Below are positions 1-14,434 of a DNA stretch of 64,000 nucleotides, in pieces. A program made the translations under genes and the position numbers. Below the pieces are notes generated by a model that saw only the letters and a program-made list of their open reading frames with translations, ran no database searches and was not told the DNA's origin. The stretch's first letter is position 1. The number at the start of each line of letters is the position of its first letter. The stretch comes from Octopus bimaculoides (Eukaryota): assembly GCF_001194135.2 (NCBI RefSeq), contig NC_068983.1, positions 89,988,072-90,052,071 on the forward strand. Direction: 5' to 3'.

Positions 1-964
1 TTGAATTTTACAAGTGTCACCTAAGTGCTTACTCCAGTTTGTCGAGCTGTGGTAGGAAAAAAATTTCTTCAACAAAAGAAATCTATCCACATGTGTGTGT
101 GAGGGGAATGTAAATCAGATATTCTTTATTTTTTTTACTATATGTTTTATTGCTATATTTGCAATTTTAAACTAACCATTTATGCACGAAGTAAATTAGT
201 GAAAGATTGAACCCAAAGAAGTATATATTCCTTTTATTATAAATATAACTACAATTTCTGTACATAGAGAATGGATTACTGTAGTGCACAGCTATCTCTC
301 TCTCTTCCACATACACATATACCCACATTTTCTTTATTACATTGCAAGTAAACAAGTCCACCAAAGCCATTTTCTCTCTCACCACAAAAAAGCTAAAAAG
401 GACATATGTTTTTATTGTTAAAGACATGTTTTGTTAGGTAACAAGTCTGTGGGGACAGTCTAAAAGCTTCAGTACATTTCAAGAAACACATGCATAAAAG
501 TAAGTGGTGTGTGTATATACACATAGATGAATGAAAAAAACACACACATGCACATGATTTTTATGCTGCTTTTTTACTCCATACTGAAATAAATTGAATG
601 AGATTTACTGAGACAATATTCCATGGCTGGATGCCCTTCCTGTCACCAACCCTCATTTGCTTTTCAAAGATATCTTTATTTCATTGCTCTTCACACATGT
701 AAAACCACCAAATAGATGGATGTATCATTTACAGAAACATTGCTGTTGCTCAAATAGTACTACTGTGAAAGACACATGAAATCAAATGGTTCCCACACAA
801 TTTTAGGCCACTAGTGACAAAATTTCCTTCACAAGTTATTGATAAACCCAAGGAAATAATATAAAGGCATTCCAGGTGCCACACAATATGGTGGAAGCTG
901 AAACTCTGGTTTCAAAGCAAACTTTGTAATGGTACAAATACTGTCTGTGCCAGAGAGAGAGGGA

Positions 965-1014
<50 letters not shown>

Positions 1015-3151
1015 ATTTATGCTTATAAAAACCAGAACATGTGCATAGTTTTCACTGTTTGTTACATGCAATATGACTAGGTTTACTGAATCAAAAGAGA
1101 AATCAATGCTGTTCTTTCTTGGCTAAAACAAAGAGGGTTAGCATGGTATATCTGAGTGCCTCAAAATATTAGACTGAAACCTTTGCATCTTTGTGTCATA
1201 TCTTTTACTCAAAAATTGTGTGCACGTGTGTACACAACTTGATAGTCACATAGGTTACTTCATTACAGCTACAAACCTGGTGCCTAGTCATTAAAAACAA
1301 GGAAGAATGGGTAAAGTCAAGAGAGAAATCAAATATTTCAACTCAATTTCTATATCAGAAGGCATGAGAACAACACAAATATTGAGTCAGGAGGGAAGAT
1401 AGTGCCACAACCCTTTATAAGGCCTCCAAGAGTGATGGGAGGGAAGAAGGTATCCTCAAATTGGAGACCTGGCCCAAATATTTGCAACAGCGTGGCCTAT
1501 CCTAATGGCATCAAAATAAGCCATGGTAGATTTGAACTCAGAATGCACAGCAGGAACAAATACTGCAAGACATCTGATCTGTCATTCTTGCAATTCTGCC
1601 AATCCACTGTTCTGGAGTGGTACTTTATTGACCCCAAAGGACTGCAAGGCGAAGTTCAGCATGACAGGATTTAGACTTAGAGCACAGAGATTCAAAAGGC
1701 ATTCTACTCAATATTCTAACAATTGTCAATATGTCATCTTTTTACACAACATTCTTCATTAGTACAACAAATTTAATGTGTACTTCATGTTATAGTAAAA
1801 GATGTGGTAATTTCATTAATATGTTATAGTGAACATGTACTAATAATTTCTAAAGTTAGCATGTCTAGAACTTTTAGAAAAGGCAATAAGTTAAATTACC
1901 CTTGTATTTGACTGCTGTTTTACTGATCTTGAAAGTCTAAAATGCAAAATCAGTCTCAATGGGATATGATGATAAAATGTAAACAGATGTAACTAAATAA
2001 TCCAACACATTTTATCTATCAAGAGCCATAACTATCACATGACACTTTGATGCTCCAAAGGTTATGCTAATTCACTGGTTACTCAAATACTAAAATGAAT
2101 TTTTTAAAGACAATTATGCTAAAGCTTTAAACAGAAAAATAGAGTTGAGAAAGGAAAAAAACAGTTAAAAAATGTACTAAAGGAGAGGGGAGCAGTCAGA
2201 TGGGAAAAAAAGAAACAGACAGAACAAAAGACAATGGAGTTAAGAAAAGATTTAGAAGGGAGGAAAATTAAATAGGTAAATAAAACTTTGTGAGACCTCA
2301 ATAAATGGAGGAAAAGATTTTAAATTGGGAAAGGGTTAGTGAAGCTGAGAATGAAGTCTTCTGGAGCACAACAAATTTTGTGAATAGATAGTTTAACTTG
2401 TTTTATACAAATCTGCCCGAGGCTGGCTCTCAGTCTAGGGTACACAAGTTTAAGTTATTTTAATTTAAACCTTGCATCATGATTTTATGCAAGATGTATT
2501 TTCATTGATTCAAGTACCAGAATAGTAATGGAAAATTCACTATATCAAACACTGCTTAAAAAAAAAAACAAGCAAAAAAACAGTTATTGTATTTCATTAA
2601 AAATAGAATTAAATCTGAAGATCAGAAGGCAGTTTCTATTCCATCTTCTGAAAAATTAAGATGAATTGAGCCAGGATCTGAGTAAACATGTTACAGGTAA
2701 CAAAAAACTCCACAGAAAGTATTTTTTCCTCTGACAGACAGGTATGCTAGGAAATTCTGTGTGTGTGTGTGTGTGTGCGTGTGCATGCATGCGCGTGCAC
2801 ACACACAAGTGGATGAATAAACACCAAATAACATTAACCCTTTTGATATAAACCCACATAAAACTGCTCTTGTTCTCCAATTTGAAAGTGATGTAAATTA
2901 AAACTTTCTATCAAAATTCCATGCTAATGTTCTTAAACATAGCTTAATAATGACAGTTATTTTATACTAAATTCTTCATTACTTTCAAAATTAATTGAAA
3001 CAAAGGCAGTGCATGCTGACAGAAATATGGTAATGTGGTTCAATAAATATCAAAAATAGTATAGCACCTTCTAGCACAAAATGTCTTGCAATATTTGGCT
3101 ACATTCCCATATGATCTTGAAATAAACTGTGCAGGTCAGCTTAGCCTTTCT

Positions 3152-3155
<4 letters not shown>

Positions 3156-3222
<67 letters not shown>

Positions 3223-3242
3223 NNNNNNNNNNNGAGAGAGAA

Positions 3243-3292
<50 letters not shown>

Positions 3293-3318
3293 TGAGAGAC
3301 ACACACACACACACACAC
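3156..3318. repeat. (GA)n/(CA)n microsatellite cluster with small gap
   Basis: Direct read. Other (GA)n tracts at 952-1011, 16815-16927, 37068-37127, 40765-40913. Confidence 0.95.
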
Positions 3319-4685
3319 TTTGTGTCAATGTTAGAAATCATTAATATCCTTTTAGAATACCAGATTGTGCTTTCCTATTGTGAGAAAGTGAGAGTATTTA
3401 AGCCCCTCCCTACGATGGATGTTACTGAAATGCTATTGATACCATTTTGGACAGAACAGCAAACTTTTGAGTCATTGGCTTTCTTTGGAATCACATTTGG
3501 CTGCTATATCTATGACGAATACAAGGAATTGCAAAGCTTTGTGCTCCAGTTAAAATCAACTTTTCAATTGAAACAGATGAATACTTATGATGGCTAATTC
3601 CTGTACATAATAATAATAATAATTATTATAAGAATTTCTTACATTGGCACAAAGGCATATATTTGCAAGAGAGAAGAACTGTTGATCCAATCAACTACAG
3701 TACACAACAAATACCTATTTTATTGATGCTAGGAGGATGAAAAATATGAGTCAAATTTCCAGTCAAAAGCAGTGGAATAAATTACAGAACTATTATAAGA
3801 TTTATTCCAATGCTCTAAGTTCAAGAGACATTACAGTTCAAAACAATGAATACATCTGTACTAAAAGGGAAGAAAGACAAAATTTACAAAGTAAGATGTA
3901 TACATATAGAGTGCGTGCAATAGAAATCATGCCAATGAATAAATTTGAAAATAGATTAAATTAATTAAGCTTTTTAGGCCTTTATTCTGATATGAGTATG
4001 TACTCTGAGCACACATGCATGAAAGTATTAATTTACATGTCTGTTATGTATCACCATCATCAGTGTAACATCCTTTTTTCATGTTGACATAATTGCTCAT
4101 CTGTGACACGAAGCCATTTATCATGTTCTTCGTATGCTTGCCTTTTGAAATCTGAACCTTACATTTCTTTATTGCCTCCCTTCACACATCTTTTATGGTT
4201 TTCTTTCTCTAAACAATAAATACCCATTGTTGTGAATTGGTATCACAGACAACCAATCTGTCAATTTCCTATAATTGGCACTCTACCAATGAGTTAACAC
4301 TTTTGTTCTCTTCTATATCTTGTTTGTACAAGACAGCAAAATAACAGGGACAGGATTCAAAATCTTTAATCTAGAAGCATTAACTTTAACCATTTAGCTC
4401 ACATCATTGTCATAAATCAAACTATCAACTCCATTTTCACACAATTACTACTTCCATCAAGTACTTAACTTACATGTATTAAAAAGGTAACTTCATGGAA
4501 AGTGACGAGAAAAGAAGAGTTTGAGGAGAAAGAAGTAAAAAATGGTAAAGTTATAATAAACAGAAGCAATATTTCTAGTCTGAGCAAAGAAGATAAAGGA
4601 AAGGAAAAAAAGTTATGACTGAGGTATTTGACCAATGACTTAATCAGTATATTGTCCATTTAGGACTGCGACAATTAGCATTTAC

Positions 4686-4739
4686 CTGTTCTCCAACTGA
4701 AGTGAGCATATTGAGTTGGTTGGCCAGGGGTCCAGTGAA
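4686..4739 (-). CDS. RAVER1: Probable RAVER-family exon
   Basis: ctttctgtctttctcttag acceptor, CAG|gtaaa donor, 54 nt, phase 0 to 0. Encodes FTGPLANQLNMLTSVGEQ. Supported by splice signals and phase; little homology evidence. Confidence 0.7.
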
Positions 4740-5406
4740 CTAAGAGAAAGACAGAAAGATAGAGCTAGTTTAAGAAGAGAAAAACAAACAATATCCATAT
4801 ACCTTTCTTTGTAACCATATTAACTGGAGCTGACATTATTCACTCAGTTTCATGTTTTGGGGTGTTGTTTTGTGTATTAACATAAAACAAATGGCAAATA
4901 AATATCTTGAAAGAAATAGGAAGCCACACACATGACATGCCCACTAGCTCCAAATTACTAATTTCAAATGGTTACTTTCTTTCATCCAGTATTTAAAAAA
5001 AAATTGTTAGTACCTCTACATATAGAAATAGAATAGACCAAACTAAAATAAAGAAATATTTAGAGAATAAATAATTCAGAGGCACTAGTGTGTAAAACAG
5101 ATAAGCCAGATAACATATAACATATTTAATGCAGGTTACAGTAAAAAGCTAGAAATAACATGGTGAGGAAAAAGCAATATGACTAAAATTTTTCATTTTC
5201 TTCAGTAAATCTAAACTTGTTTCAGTTTTGTACTCTAAATATTCTTTTTTCATATGACAATAAATGTATCATTTTGTACATTTATGCTGTCATTAATTTA
5301 TCACTACTTTGGCAAGTATGGGGAAGTCTACGTCAAGCTGATGAAGTTAGAATACTGAAAGATATCCAGAGATATTTCCAATGTCTTGGAAAAATAAAAC
5401 ATCCTA

Positions 5407-5810
5407 TACTCTTTTACTCTTTTACTTGTTTCAGTCTTTTGACTGTGGCCATGCTGGAGCACCGCCTTTAGTCGAGTAAATCGACCCCAGGACTTATTCT
5501 TTGGAAGTCTAGTACTTATTCTATCGGTCTCTTTTGCCGAACCGCTAAGTTACGGGGACATAAATATCGGTTGTCAAGTGATGTTGGGGGAACAAACACA
5601 GACACACAAACACAGACACATATACACATATATATATACATATATACGACGGGCTTCTTTCAGTTTCCGCCTACCAAATCCACTCACAAGGCTTTGGTCG
5701 GCCCGAGGCTATAGTAGAAGACACTTGCCCAAGATGCCACGCAGTGGGACTGAACCCAGAACCATGTGGTTGGTAAGCAAGCTACTTACCACACAGCCAC
5801 TCCTACGCCT
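5407..5810 (-). mobile_element. Full-length tRNA-derived SINE
   Basis: Minus-strand head with A box TGGCTGTGTGGT and B box GGTTCAGTCC, internal CA/TA microsatellite, (GAGTAAAA)n-type tail. A close homolog lies at 25781-26173. Confidence 0.85.
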
Positions 5811-8524
5811 ATATCCAAGAAGATAATATTTGTCTTTGACTAATATTGCTTTTTCTTCTCTACAGTTATTTTTAGTTTGTAAATGCTCCAAAGAAATATG
5901 TTAAATATTTTCAACATTAAATATCTAATAAAGAAATCTTGGGATATGATTGGAGAAAATGGTATTCCATCTCATACCAACTGATCAGAATCCATCATAG
6001 ATTAGTGAGCTAGCCTTTTGTACATGTGAAATGAAGTCATGTAAACAAGCAGGAATAAATTTTGAAAAAATGACATCTGTATCAGTGAGAGCAATTTGTC
6101 TCTTGTTTATGATTGTATTCCACTGCACTGTGACAAATGTTTATGATGACAACATTATCATCATTTAATGTCCATTTTCCATGCTAGCATGTGCAAATAG
6201 ACACAAGTGTATACATACCGCTTCTATTATGAACCACTGACTTTATATCACAATTAGATAAAAATGGCCCATACATAATTACATTGTTAGGTTCCCACTA
6301 AAGATTTTCTCTTCATCTAGTATGAAAAAGATGTGTTTGCTGTAGATCATCCAAGTTATTTACTGCAGCTGGATTTGCCATTATAAGATAAAAAGTGAAA
6401 TTCACTGAGAACTGAAATGGATCTTAGACTTGGTTTGCTAAATAAAGCTTGTTATCAACCTACAGCTCTTATTTAAATCAGAAGGAAATTTCTAATTTTT
6501 GATCGAAATAACTTATACCAAACAATGTTAATAGAACATTAGAGTTTGATAGGCAGTACTCAAAATGTCTTAATGAGAACATGCAGCCACTATCATAATT
6601 CCTTAAATAAATTTATATTCACAAAACTGATCCCTTAATATATTTATTTATTGTTCCTAAATGTTTCAAAATAATACATTTTTTCCGTTGTTGGCATCAG
6701 CTTAATTACATACAATTAAAAACAATCTGTAAATAATAAAACTCTTAAATGTCTATTAGACAGAAATAGAACAAGAGGCCCACTGGCGACATTCAAAAAA
6801 TGCCAGATAAATATTACTAATTACTCTATACCATATAATAACACCAAACTAAACTAGGATACCTCACTGTATGAGACATTAGCGGAATAAGCTAGTCTGC
6901 TGGCACAAGTGATTGATTAATTATCTGTGAAGCCAGGGAAATTCTTGTAAAGATAGTTACAGTTCCATTAATTGGCATGTTTCTATTCTCCATCTCAAAC
7001 TGGTACTTTAAATATAATCACATTCACACCTTAGTCAATTAGACACATTACAAATGTATCTTTGTAAGATAAATAAACTATAATAATAGACCAACTGATA
7101 GCTAACTTACTTGTTTTGTAAAATACTGTTTTCAGTTTCATCTTTATTCATATTATAGAGTATTTACAAAACAAAGAAAAATGAGGTCAACAATCAGATA
7201 AGCTATTCCATTATTGTTACCAACTTTGAAATGGCTGCAACAAAATTTGATGCATTGTAATTTTCAATTTAGGAGTATTATATAGAAACATCAACTCCCA
7301 AAGAAAGCTCAAGTATTGTGGCTATTTTATTTTATTTACATTTGTCTGGATCAGAATGGAAAGATAGTGATCTTAGATGTTGAGAGTGTTCTGGTGTGTT
7401 AATGTGTCTAAATATCTGTGAGTAGTATGCTGCAGAAGCTGTTTGGACTCAAACAGATTATTTTCATAAACTGCAAACCTTGTAAGTCCCATAAATATTA
7501 GAGGAATAGAGGAAAGAATAAGTGTTTAAGGTTGCACTCAAGAATGTACTGGTAATAAAATAGAGTGCTGTTTTCCTTAATTTGGGGTTGAATACTGGGT
7601 CAGTGAGTCAGGTGTATTCCTGTAACTTGCAGGAAGCCAATAAAATTGCCAAAGCTTGAAACAGATTAAATTGTTATTTTCATGAATGCTGCACACGTAA
7701 ATCCAAGATCTACTCTTAAGCCATTCAATAGTATTTATGGGCCTTGATAAGGCAGAAAATCACTGCATTTCCAATGTAGCACCAACCTAAATTTCTGACT
7801 ACATTCTTGAAGTGGAACCTTCAGTGAAATTGAAAGTTCACTGGTGCAGAAACTCCAGGTGTATTACTTGTAAAAACAATGTGTGAGTCTTGCAAAAAGT
7901 AACAGGTCACACATTTAAGAAGGCTAAGAACGAATATAGCACCACTTTATTATTAGTTATAATCGTTTCAATACCATGCTAACACCACTGCACAGAAATG
8001 ATTCATGTGAAAAGTTACTCAATAAATGCAGTCGACTGTATCAGGTTGGCATCAAGTGTGTTCTTATATTGTGCGATGGATATGCATTTTATGTGGCTTA
8101 TATAGAGAGGAAATAATAAGTATAATGAAAGAGGAAAAAAGGTTAAATAAAATGGATAAAACCAAGACAATAATACTAAGACTAAGAGAAAGAAAAATAG
8201 GAAGAGGGAGAATAATGACATTTTATAATAATACCATCAAATATTATCACGAAAAAAGTGATCTCAGGGGTAGTAGTGGTGTATGTATGTTTGTATATAT
8301 ATATATATATATATATATGTCGATAGATCAGTAGTAAATCACATATTAGTGACTGGCGATGATAATAAAATGTTAATAATATTAACACAACCAAGAAAAT
8401 CAACAAAAGTAATAATAATAAAGCATATTACTGCTACTACTATCATTATCACTATTTCATTCTTCATTTGGTTTCAGTTTTCATTTATATTTGATTATTA
8501 TCCTTATTTGTAATTGTAGTAGGT

Positions 8525-8725
8525 ATAGTGTAATTAGCACACTAGGCAAAATGCTAAGCTGCATTTCATTCATCTTTACGTTCCAAGTTCAAATTCCATC
8601 AGGGTCTACTTTGTCTTTCATCCTTTCGGGGTCGATAAAATAAGTAAGATTTGAATGCTGGGGTCAATGTAATTGACTTATATCCACTCTCTGAAATTCA
8701 TGGCATTATGCCAAAATTTGAAATC
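8525..8725 (+). mobile_element. SINE copy, second family
   Basis: gttcaaattcc...tttgtctttcatcctttcggggtcgataaaataagta...ggggtcaatgtaattgac. Confidence 0.6.
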
Positions 8726-11538
8726 ATTATTATTATTGCTATTGTTGGTGTTGTTAGTATTATTATTATTTTCTCATCATGGCCTGCCACTTTATCTGTG
8801 ATTTACTACTGATCCACTAATATTTATATATCTACAATTATAATTTTTAAAAATACCTGTTTATCATGGACTTCCAGTAATGCATGCACCATGTTGTATA
8901 GTAACTGGCTGGAGGCACTACCTGCAGCATATCTACACAAGTATGCCCCAACGACTTTCTTATCTCATAACTTTCAGAAAAACAGATATTTTTTTTAATG
9001 AAATTTTTTACAAATACACTTCAGATGGTATAGATTCTATTTCTATCAGAATCTGTTGTTGAAAGATTTTAATTTCGAGTATAAAATGGCAAAAATCAAC
9101 AATCTGAAGAACAAGTATAAATTAAAAAGTGATCAGATAACTAAAGGAATAACCAAGTTCAAGGCAAATAGTTGTTTGATGAATTTAGAACAAATTTTCC
9201 CAATGGAAGTGATACTACAGTGCTGGATTTTCTTGTTTCAAAGGGTTGCTTTATGAGATTCCAGAAAAGAACTGGATTACAAAGTGTTGTGAGACATGCT
9301 GAGTCTGCTAGTGCAGATCATAAATGTAATTGACTACCCCTTCCTCCCAGAGTAAGCCGATACCAATTGATCCCGAATGAATGAAAAGCAAAGCTGACCT
9401 CAGCAAGATGTGAACCCAGAATGTAAAGTGCCAGAACAAATACTGCAAAGCAATTTTCCAACACTCTAATGATGTTGCCAATCCACTGCAGCAGTAGAAA
9501 CAACAACAACAACAATTATTATTTCTAAGAGAGCACAAAACAGGAAATTTGGAGGATGGAAATAGTTGAGTATACTGACCCCAGTACTTGACTGGTACAT
9601 TACTGACTGGAGAATGCAAAACAAAGTTGACCTTGCTGGGATCTAAAGTCTGAATGTAAAGAGGTGGAAAAAATACTGCAAGACATTTCCCCCAGGACTA
9701 ACAATTCTGCTAATTCACAAAATATTTACCTGGTTAAAAAAAAGAGCTATGTAAACTATTAAGAACTCCCCAAGATACTGTCTAAACAGTCAGAAGCTAT
9801 GTTGTAAATCAATGAAGGCAACCAAATTCAGAGAGGAAGAGAAAACAAAGTAAATATACAATGTCCCTATGCTTGAATATTTCATACAAAGATATAGGGC
9901 CCCAGATGACAATCAATAAAAACATTATTTCAGAAATGGAAAGGAAATTTCTACAAAAGTTCAAAATAATGTACAGCAATATCAATTATTCTGGAGCACA
10001 TCACAGAGCTAAAAAATTGAAAATCCTATAAACAAAAGATTTGAGCTGGGTAAGGGAACACCACATAATAATTAACATTTTAAACTTAAGCATATCAATA
10101 TACTCTCAAACATCCAATAAAATGTATAAGCTTCTTCTTCATCACGCCGTATCACTTTACAGTTAACAAGAATCCTATCAACTAAACTGTCAGCTTTATG
10201 AACTAATCAAGCAGACTGAATATAAAGTAGTTTGTTTTGATAATACAACAGCTAAATTCTTATTTCAAACAAACCCTTCATATGTTCATTGTTAAAAATA
10301 AAAAATGCTCCAAGCCCTAATGTTGTGGCTGATATTATTAGAAGCAGAGATAAGATAGTCAACTGTTATTAAGGTGAATGAATGAACCTTACAAATATGA
10401 AGCCAAAACTAAATTTTCTTGAGATTGATAAAGAAAAATCAATACACTCATTAGGAGCTTCACAGAGTAAGAAAAATTTTCCAATTTAATTATTGCAAAA
10501 TATATTGAATAATAACAGAAATATTCTAAACTTATTTCACAATAAAACTTATGGATTTCTAGACAAAATACATTAGCTAATTTATAGCCTGTCAAAGTGA
10601 AATTAGCATATGGATAGGGTACAGGACCATCTGCTCACGTTTTAAGAGTTACTGTCAATGTTTTGTGAATCTCTGGATAGGATACTACCCAGAAGCAAAA
10701 AACCTCTCCTTTGTAACTTAAATAATCCCCTGCAATTTGTATGGTATGTGCACACACAAACACATGATCTGTGTATGTATGGGTGTGCATACATGAAATT
10801 AATAAAGCATATTCTTTTGTGTTCGATTAATTCATTTCTGACTTGTAAAATGGAGATACTAAGTAGCCCAAAAGAAGAATGCTTCATATATATGGAAATG
10901 TTGTGACATTCATAAAACAATCAAGCTATTACAGAATTTTATAATTCCTGTAACATTAACATTTTGATATAATCACTGTCATTTACAATATTGATAAGCA
11001 TTTTCTTTTCACCAAAACCAACATTCATACACTGTCATATACTCAGGTTGGCATTCTATAACAATACAATGGTTCTAGGTAACAATAGCTAAATAAGAAA
11101 CATCTCTCAGCTGAAAAGTCACTAATTTGTGAGTATGTAGAGGATGCACACTAGAGTTAGTGTAGCCTACACACAAAACTACCTCTAAAAGTCAATAACA
11201 AATCTGATATAGTGATATAGAATTGGACAACACAGCCAAGCACTTTAATCAAAGTCCAAGCTCACAAGCAACTGGATTTAGAAATTCTTGCAAAATACTT
11301 GTTATAGAGTGTATGCTGCTCTTTGTGCTGAAATAAGCCAACTCATCTATTTGAAGTAAAATAATACTGAATCAAAAAGAATATTTAGCAACCATAAAAC
11401 ACAACACCACTGATGAGATACGACAAACCAGTTGGCTCGAAATCTGATAATATTATCAAATCATTCATCTTCAACTTCACCACAAAATTAAAAATAAACA
11501 TGCAATGTTTATAAAAATTAAAAAAGTTCTTCACTTAC

Positions 11539-11651
11539 TAATTGTTGTCTTTGTCCTTGCATCTGGAGAGCAAGCAGAATGATCAATCCAAGCTGCATGT
11601 TTGAGTTCATCAGTGGATTGAAGGAAACATTGGGACCAGGGCCGAGAAGAC
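11539..11651 (-). CDS. RAVER1: RAVER-family exon containing a PTB-interacting (PRI)-like motif GLLGPGP
   Basis: ttacag acceptor, TTA|gtaagt donor, 113 nt, phase 1 to 0. Encodes GLLGPGPNVSFNPLMNSNMQLGLIILLALQMQGQRQQL (cf. RAVER1 GLLGAPP...LLQLALQTQ). Confidence 0.85.
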
Positions 11652-11764
11652 CTGTAACTCAAATGGCCCAAAAAAAACAACAAATCTTTCAATATGCTCA
11701 CAACAAGTAAATACAGAAATAACACACTTAAACAACAGTGTAACAAAAATAACCACACAAAATA

Positions 11765-11950
11765 TAAGCACAAGGCTTGAAATTTGGGAGCAGGGACAAG
11801 TCGATTACATCAACCCCAGACTGAAACTGGTATTTATTTCATCACAAAAGGATGAATGGCTAAGTTGACCTAGGCAGAATTTGAATGTAAGGACAGACAA
11901 AATGCCACTAAGCATTTTGTCGGTGTGCTCATGATTCTGCCAACTCATTA
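11765..11950 (-). mobile_element. SINE copy, second family
   Basis: Reverse complement of the 8525-8725 motif set; further fragments extend to about 12200. Confidence 0.55.
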
Positions 11951-12577
11951 TCTTAATAATAATATTAGTTTCAAATTTTGGCACAAGGCCAGCAATTTCA
12001 AGGGAAGAGTTAAGTTGATTACATTGACCCCAGTGCTCAACTGCTACTAATTCTGCCAACTCAGTGCCATAATAATAATAATTCTTCCTACTATAGGCAC
12101 AAAACCTGAGATTCGGTGGGGAGGGGTATAGTTGATTACATCGACCATGGCTTAACTGGAACTTATTTCATCGACCCAAAAAGATGAAATGCAATGCCAA
12201 CCTTGAAGTGTCTTGGTTGGTATGCTAACAATTCTGTTGGCTTATAATAATAATAACGATCTGGAAATAGAGGTAACTCGAATGTGGAGTCTAAAAGCAG
12301 AAACAATTCCTATTATAGTAGGCACATTAGGTATGATAAAAAAATATTCAGATAAATAACAAAAACACCAGGACTAACAAATATATATATACATACAGAA
12401 AATAGCACTACTAGACACTGCACACATCCTTTGTAAAATACTTTCAATACAGTAAAAATAAGAGCATCACAACAAACCACAGCACACTCAAGGCACACAG
12501 AGCTACACCAGTTAGTGCAGTGAAAGCACATGATAAAAATAAGACTACTGAATAATAATAATAATAATAATAATAAC

Positions 12578-12725
12578 AGGCGTGGCTGTGTAGTAAGAAG
12601 CTTGCTTTCCTAACAACATGGTTCTGAGTTCAGTCCCACTGCATAGCACCTTGGGCAAGTGTCTTCTACTAGAGTTTCAGGCTGACCAATGCCTTGCGTG
12701 TGAACTTGGTAGACGGAAACTGAAC
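12578..12725 (+). mobile_element. SINE head fragment
   Basis: GGCGTGGCTGTGTAGTAAGAAGCTTGC...GGTTCTGAGTTCAGTCCCACTG...GGAAACTGAA; same family as 5407-5810. Confidence 0.75.
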
Positions 12726-12917
12726 TGTAATGATAAACACTTTAACCTAATACTTCCCAAAACCACTGATGAGCGAGGAATTTGTCATCAGTTTTGTTGG
12801 TGAATGCTAAGTTTTAGTTATATAAGGGCTTATTAGTGTTGCTTTGCTTCTTCCAATCATTTTCTTTTCTATCGATTATTTTTGCAGCTTGGGTTGGTGA
12901 AGTCTCTCTTGTCTTAT

Positions 12918-13070
12918 CATCATTTAACGTCCATTTTCCATGCTGGCATGGGTTGGATGGTTTGGCATGTGTTAGTTAGGCCAGGGGCTGCAACAGACTC
13001 TATTGTCTGTTTCAGCATGGTTTCTACAGCTGGATGCACTTCCTAATGCCAACCACTTTGTTGCATTAGG
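12918..13070 (-). mobile_element. Short RTE 3'-end copy (older)
   Basis: catcatttaacgtccattttccatgctggcatgggttggatgg...tggatgcacttcctaatgccaaccac. Confidence 0.65.
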
Positions 13071-14059
13071 GTAGTTGTTTTAAAGGTCATTTCATGTGAA
13101 ATGAAACCTGTGCCACTTTCATTCATATGGATGTCAGCTTGAGGATGGAGCATATTGTGTAATGCAGAGAGTTTTTCTGGTTCTCCCATTCATGCTTTTG
13201 ATATCTTGGGAGAATCCAGTTATCATTATTAATATCATCATCATCATTATTACTACTATTACTATAGTAAGAATGCCTTACAAAAACTTGTAAACTGGTT
13301 TTGATTCCTAGGTGCACCCAATTCATTTCACTTAAAATGCTTATAACTACCCCTGTTTCTAAGTTTTTAGCCGGGGATCTAAGTTAGGCATCATCAACAG
13401 CAAGACAAAAAATGTAGGATTTATAAATTTTCCCCCGAAAGCATTAGCAGTGTAATTTAAACAATTTTAGCAGAAATATTGAAACCAGGTCAAACACACT
13501 GTCTCTTATTAGTAGTAGCTAGCAGCAATAACCATGCTGCATCATGTTTTCTTTCCAAGGGACATTTAAAAATTAGAAGTCTTTTTTGAAAGCCTCAGTC
13601 AGTTTTAGAGTTTCCATTTTCTCAATCTTTTACATTCTAAATTACCTCGTGTGAAGATGGAAACTGGCATAATAAAATAAATTTTGTTTTTATCAGTTTT
13701 AAACCCTATTATGACCAAATCTGTAATAAAATATATTCCCCACGTTTCAATTAATTTAGAAAATAACTTAGAATTCAGAACAATTAAATAAAATAACCAA
13801 CTTTTCCAATAGTAAAATGGGGTTTAGAATATGTCTTAAAAATATTTCACTTAAATTTACCTTGTCACTAAGCAAGAACTTAATATAACTAGAATAAAAT
13901 ACTTTTTTCAATAGTAATTTGTAATCGATACCTGATTTTTTAAGGTTGGAAGGGATAAAGAAAAACTTTAATCATAAAATAAAATTCAGACATATACAAG
14001 ACAAGCTTACATAATTTTATTTATGTTTCAACTGAAGGTTTGGAGGGTCAAATACTTAA

Positions 14060-14276
14060 CTCTTTAACATACAGATTATTCTGTCAAATGTAATGCTATA
14101 TTCACACTATTTTGAATTACTCGTGTATTATCTTGTAGCTTTCAGATTTCAATGATGTGACTGCTCATGTTAGAATAACAAATGTTGGGTAGGTGTGAAA
14201 GGTCAGATCTGGTCAGTTTGAACATAAAACAGGAAGAATATTTGGGCCAGATATGGCAGGCTTAAATGCTAAAGGG
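14060..14276. mobile_element. TTAA-targeting (piggyBac-like) MITE
   Basis: TTAA|CTCTTTAACAT ... ATGCTAAAGGG|CTAA: 11-bp imperfect TIRs with a TTAA-like TSD. Confidence 0.65.
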
Positions 14277-14353
14277 CTAAATGTAATATCAATATTAATA
14301 AAATTAGTTAAAGTTATTCATTTTTAAATAAACAAATTTTGAAACCAAAATAC

Positions 14354-14434
14354 CTGGTTTGGCATTTCTCATGATGGTCTGATGTATGTAGGTTTTCTGA
14401 AGTAGCTGAAGAGCTTGGTGAAATTGCTCAAGCA
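14354..14434 (-). CDS. RAVER1: RAVER-family exon
   Basis: Polypyrimidine tract plus ttttag, CAG|gtat donor, 81 nt, phase 1 to 1. Encodes (L)LEQFHQALQLLQKTYIHQTIMRNAKP(G); keeps frame with both neighbours. Confidence 0.8.

Noticed and set aside
829-1071. ORF near the left end as a possible further RAVER exon
   Set aside because: Mostly (CT)n microsatellite translation; no convincing splice signals or homology.
5740-5810. tRNA-like A/B boxes
   Set aside because: These are SINE heads with no complete cloverleaf; not tRNA genes.
11405-11460. CTGATGAG...CTCGAAA hammerhead-like string
   Set aside because: Stem II gives only 2 bp, there is no C-G pair in stem III, and the sequence after the putative triplet cannot pair with the upstream CACCA (no stem I).
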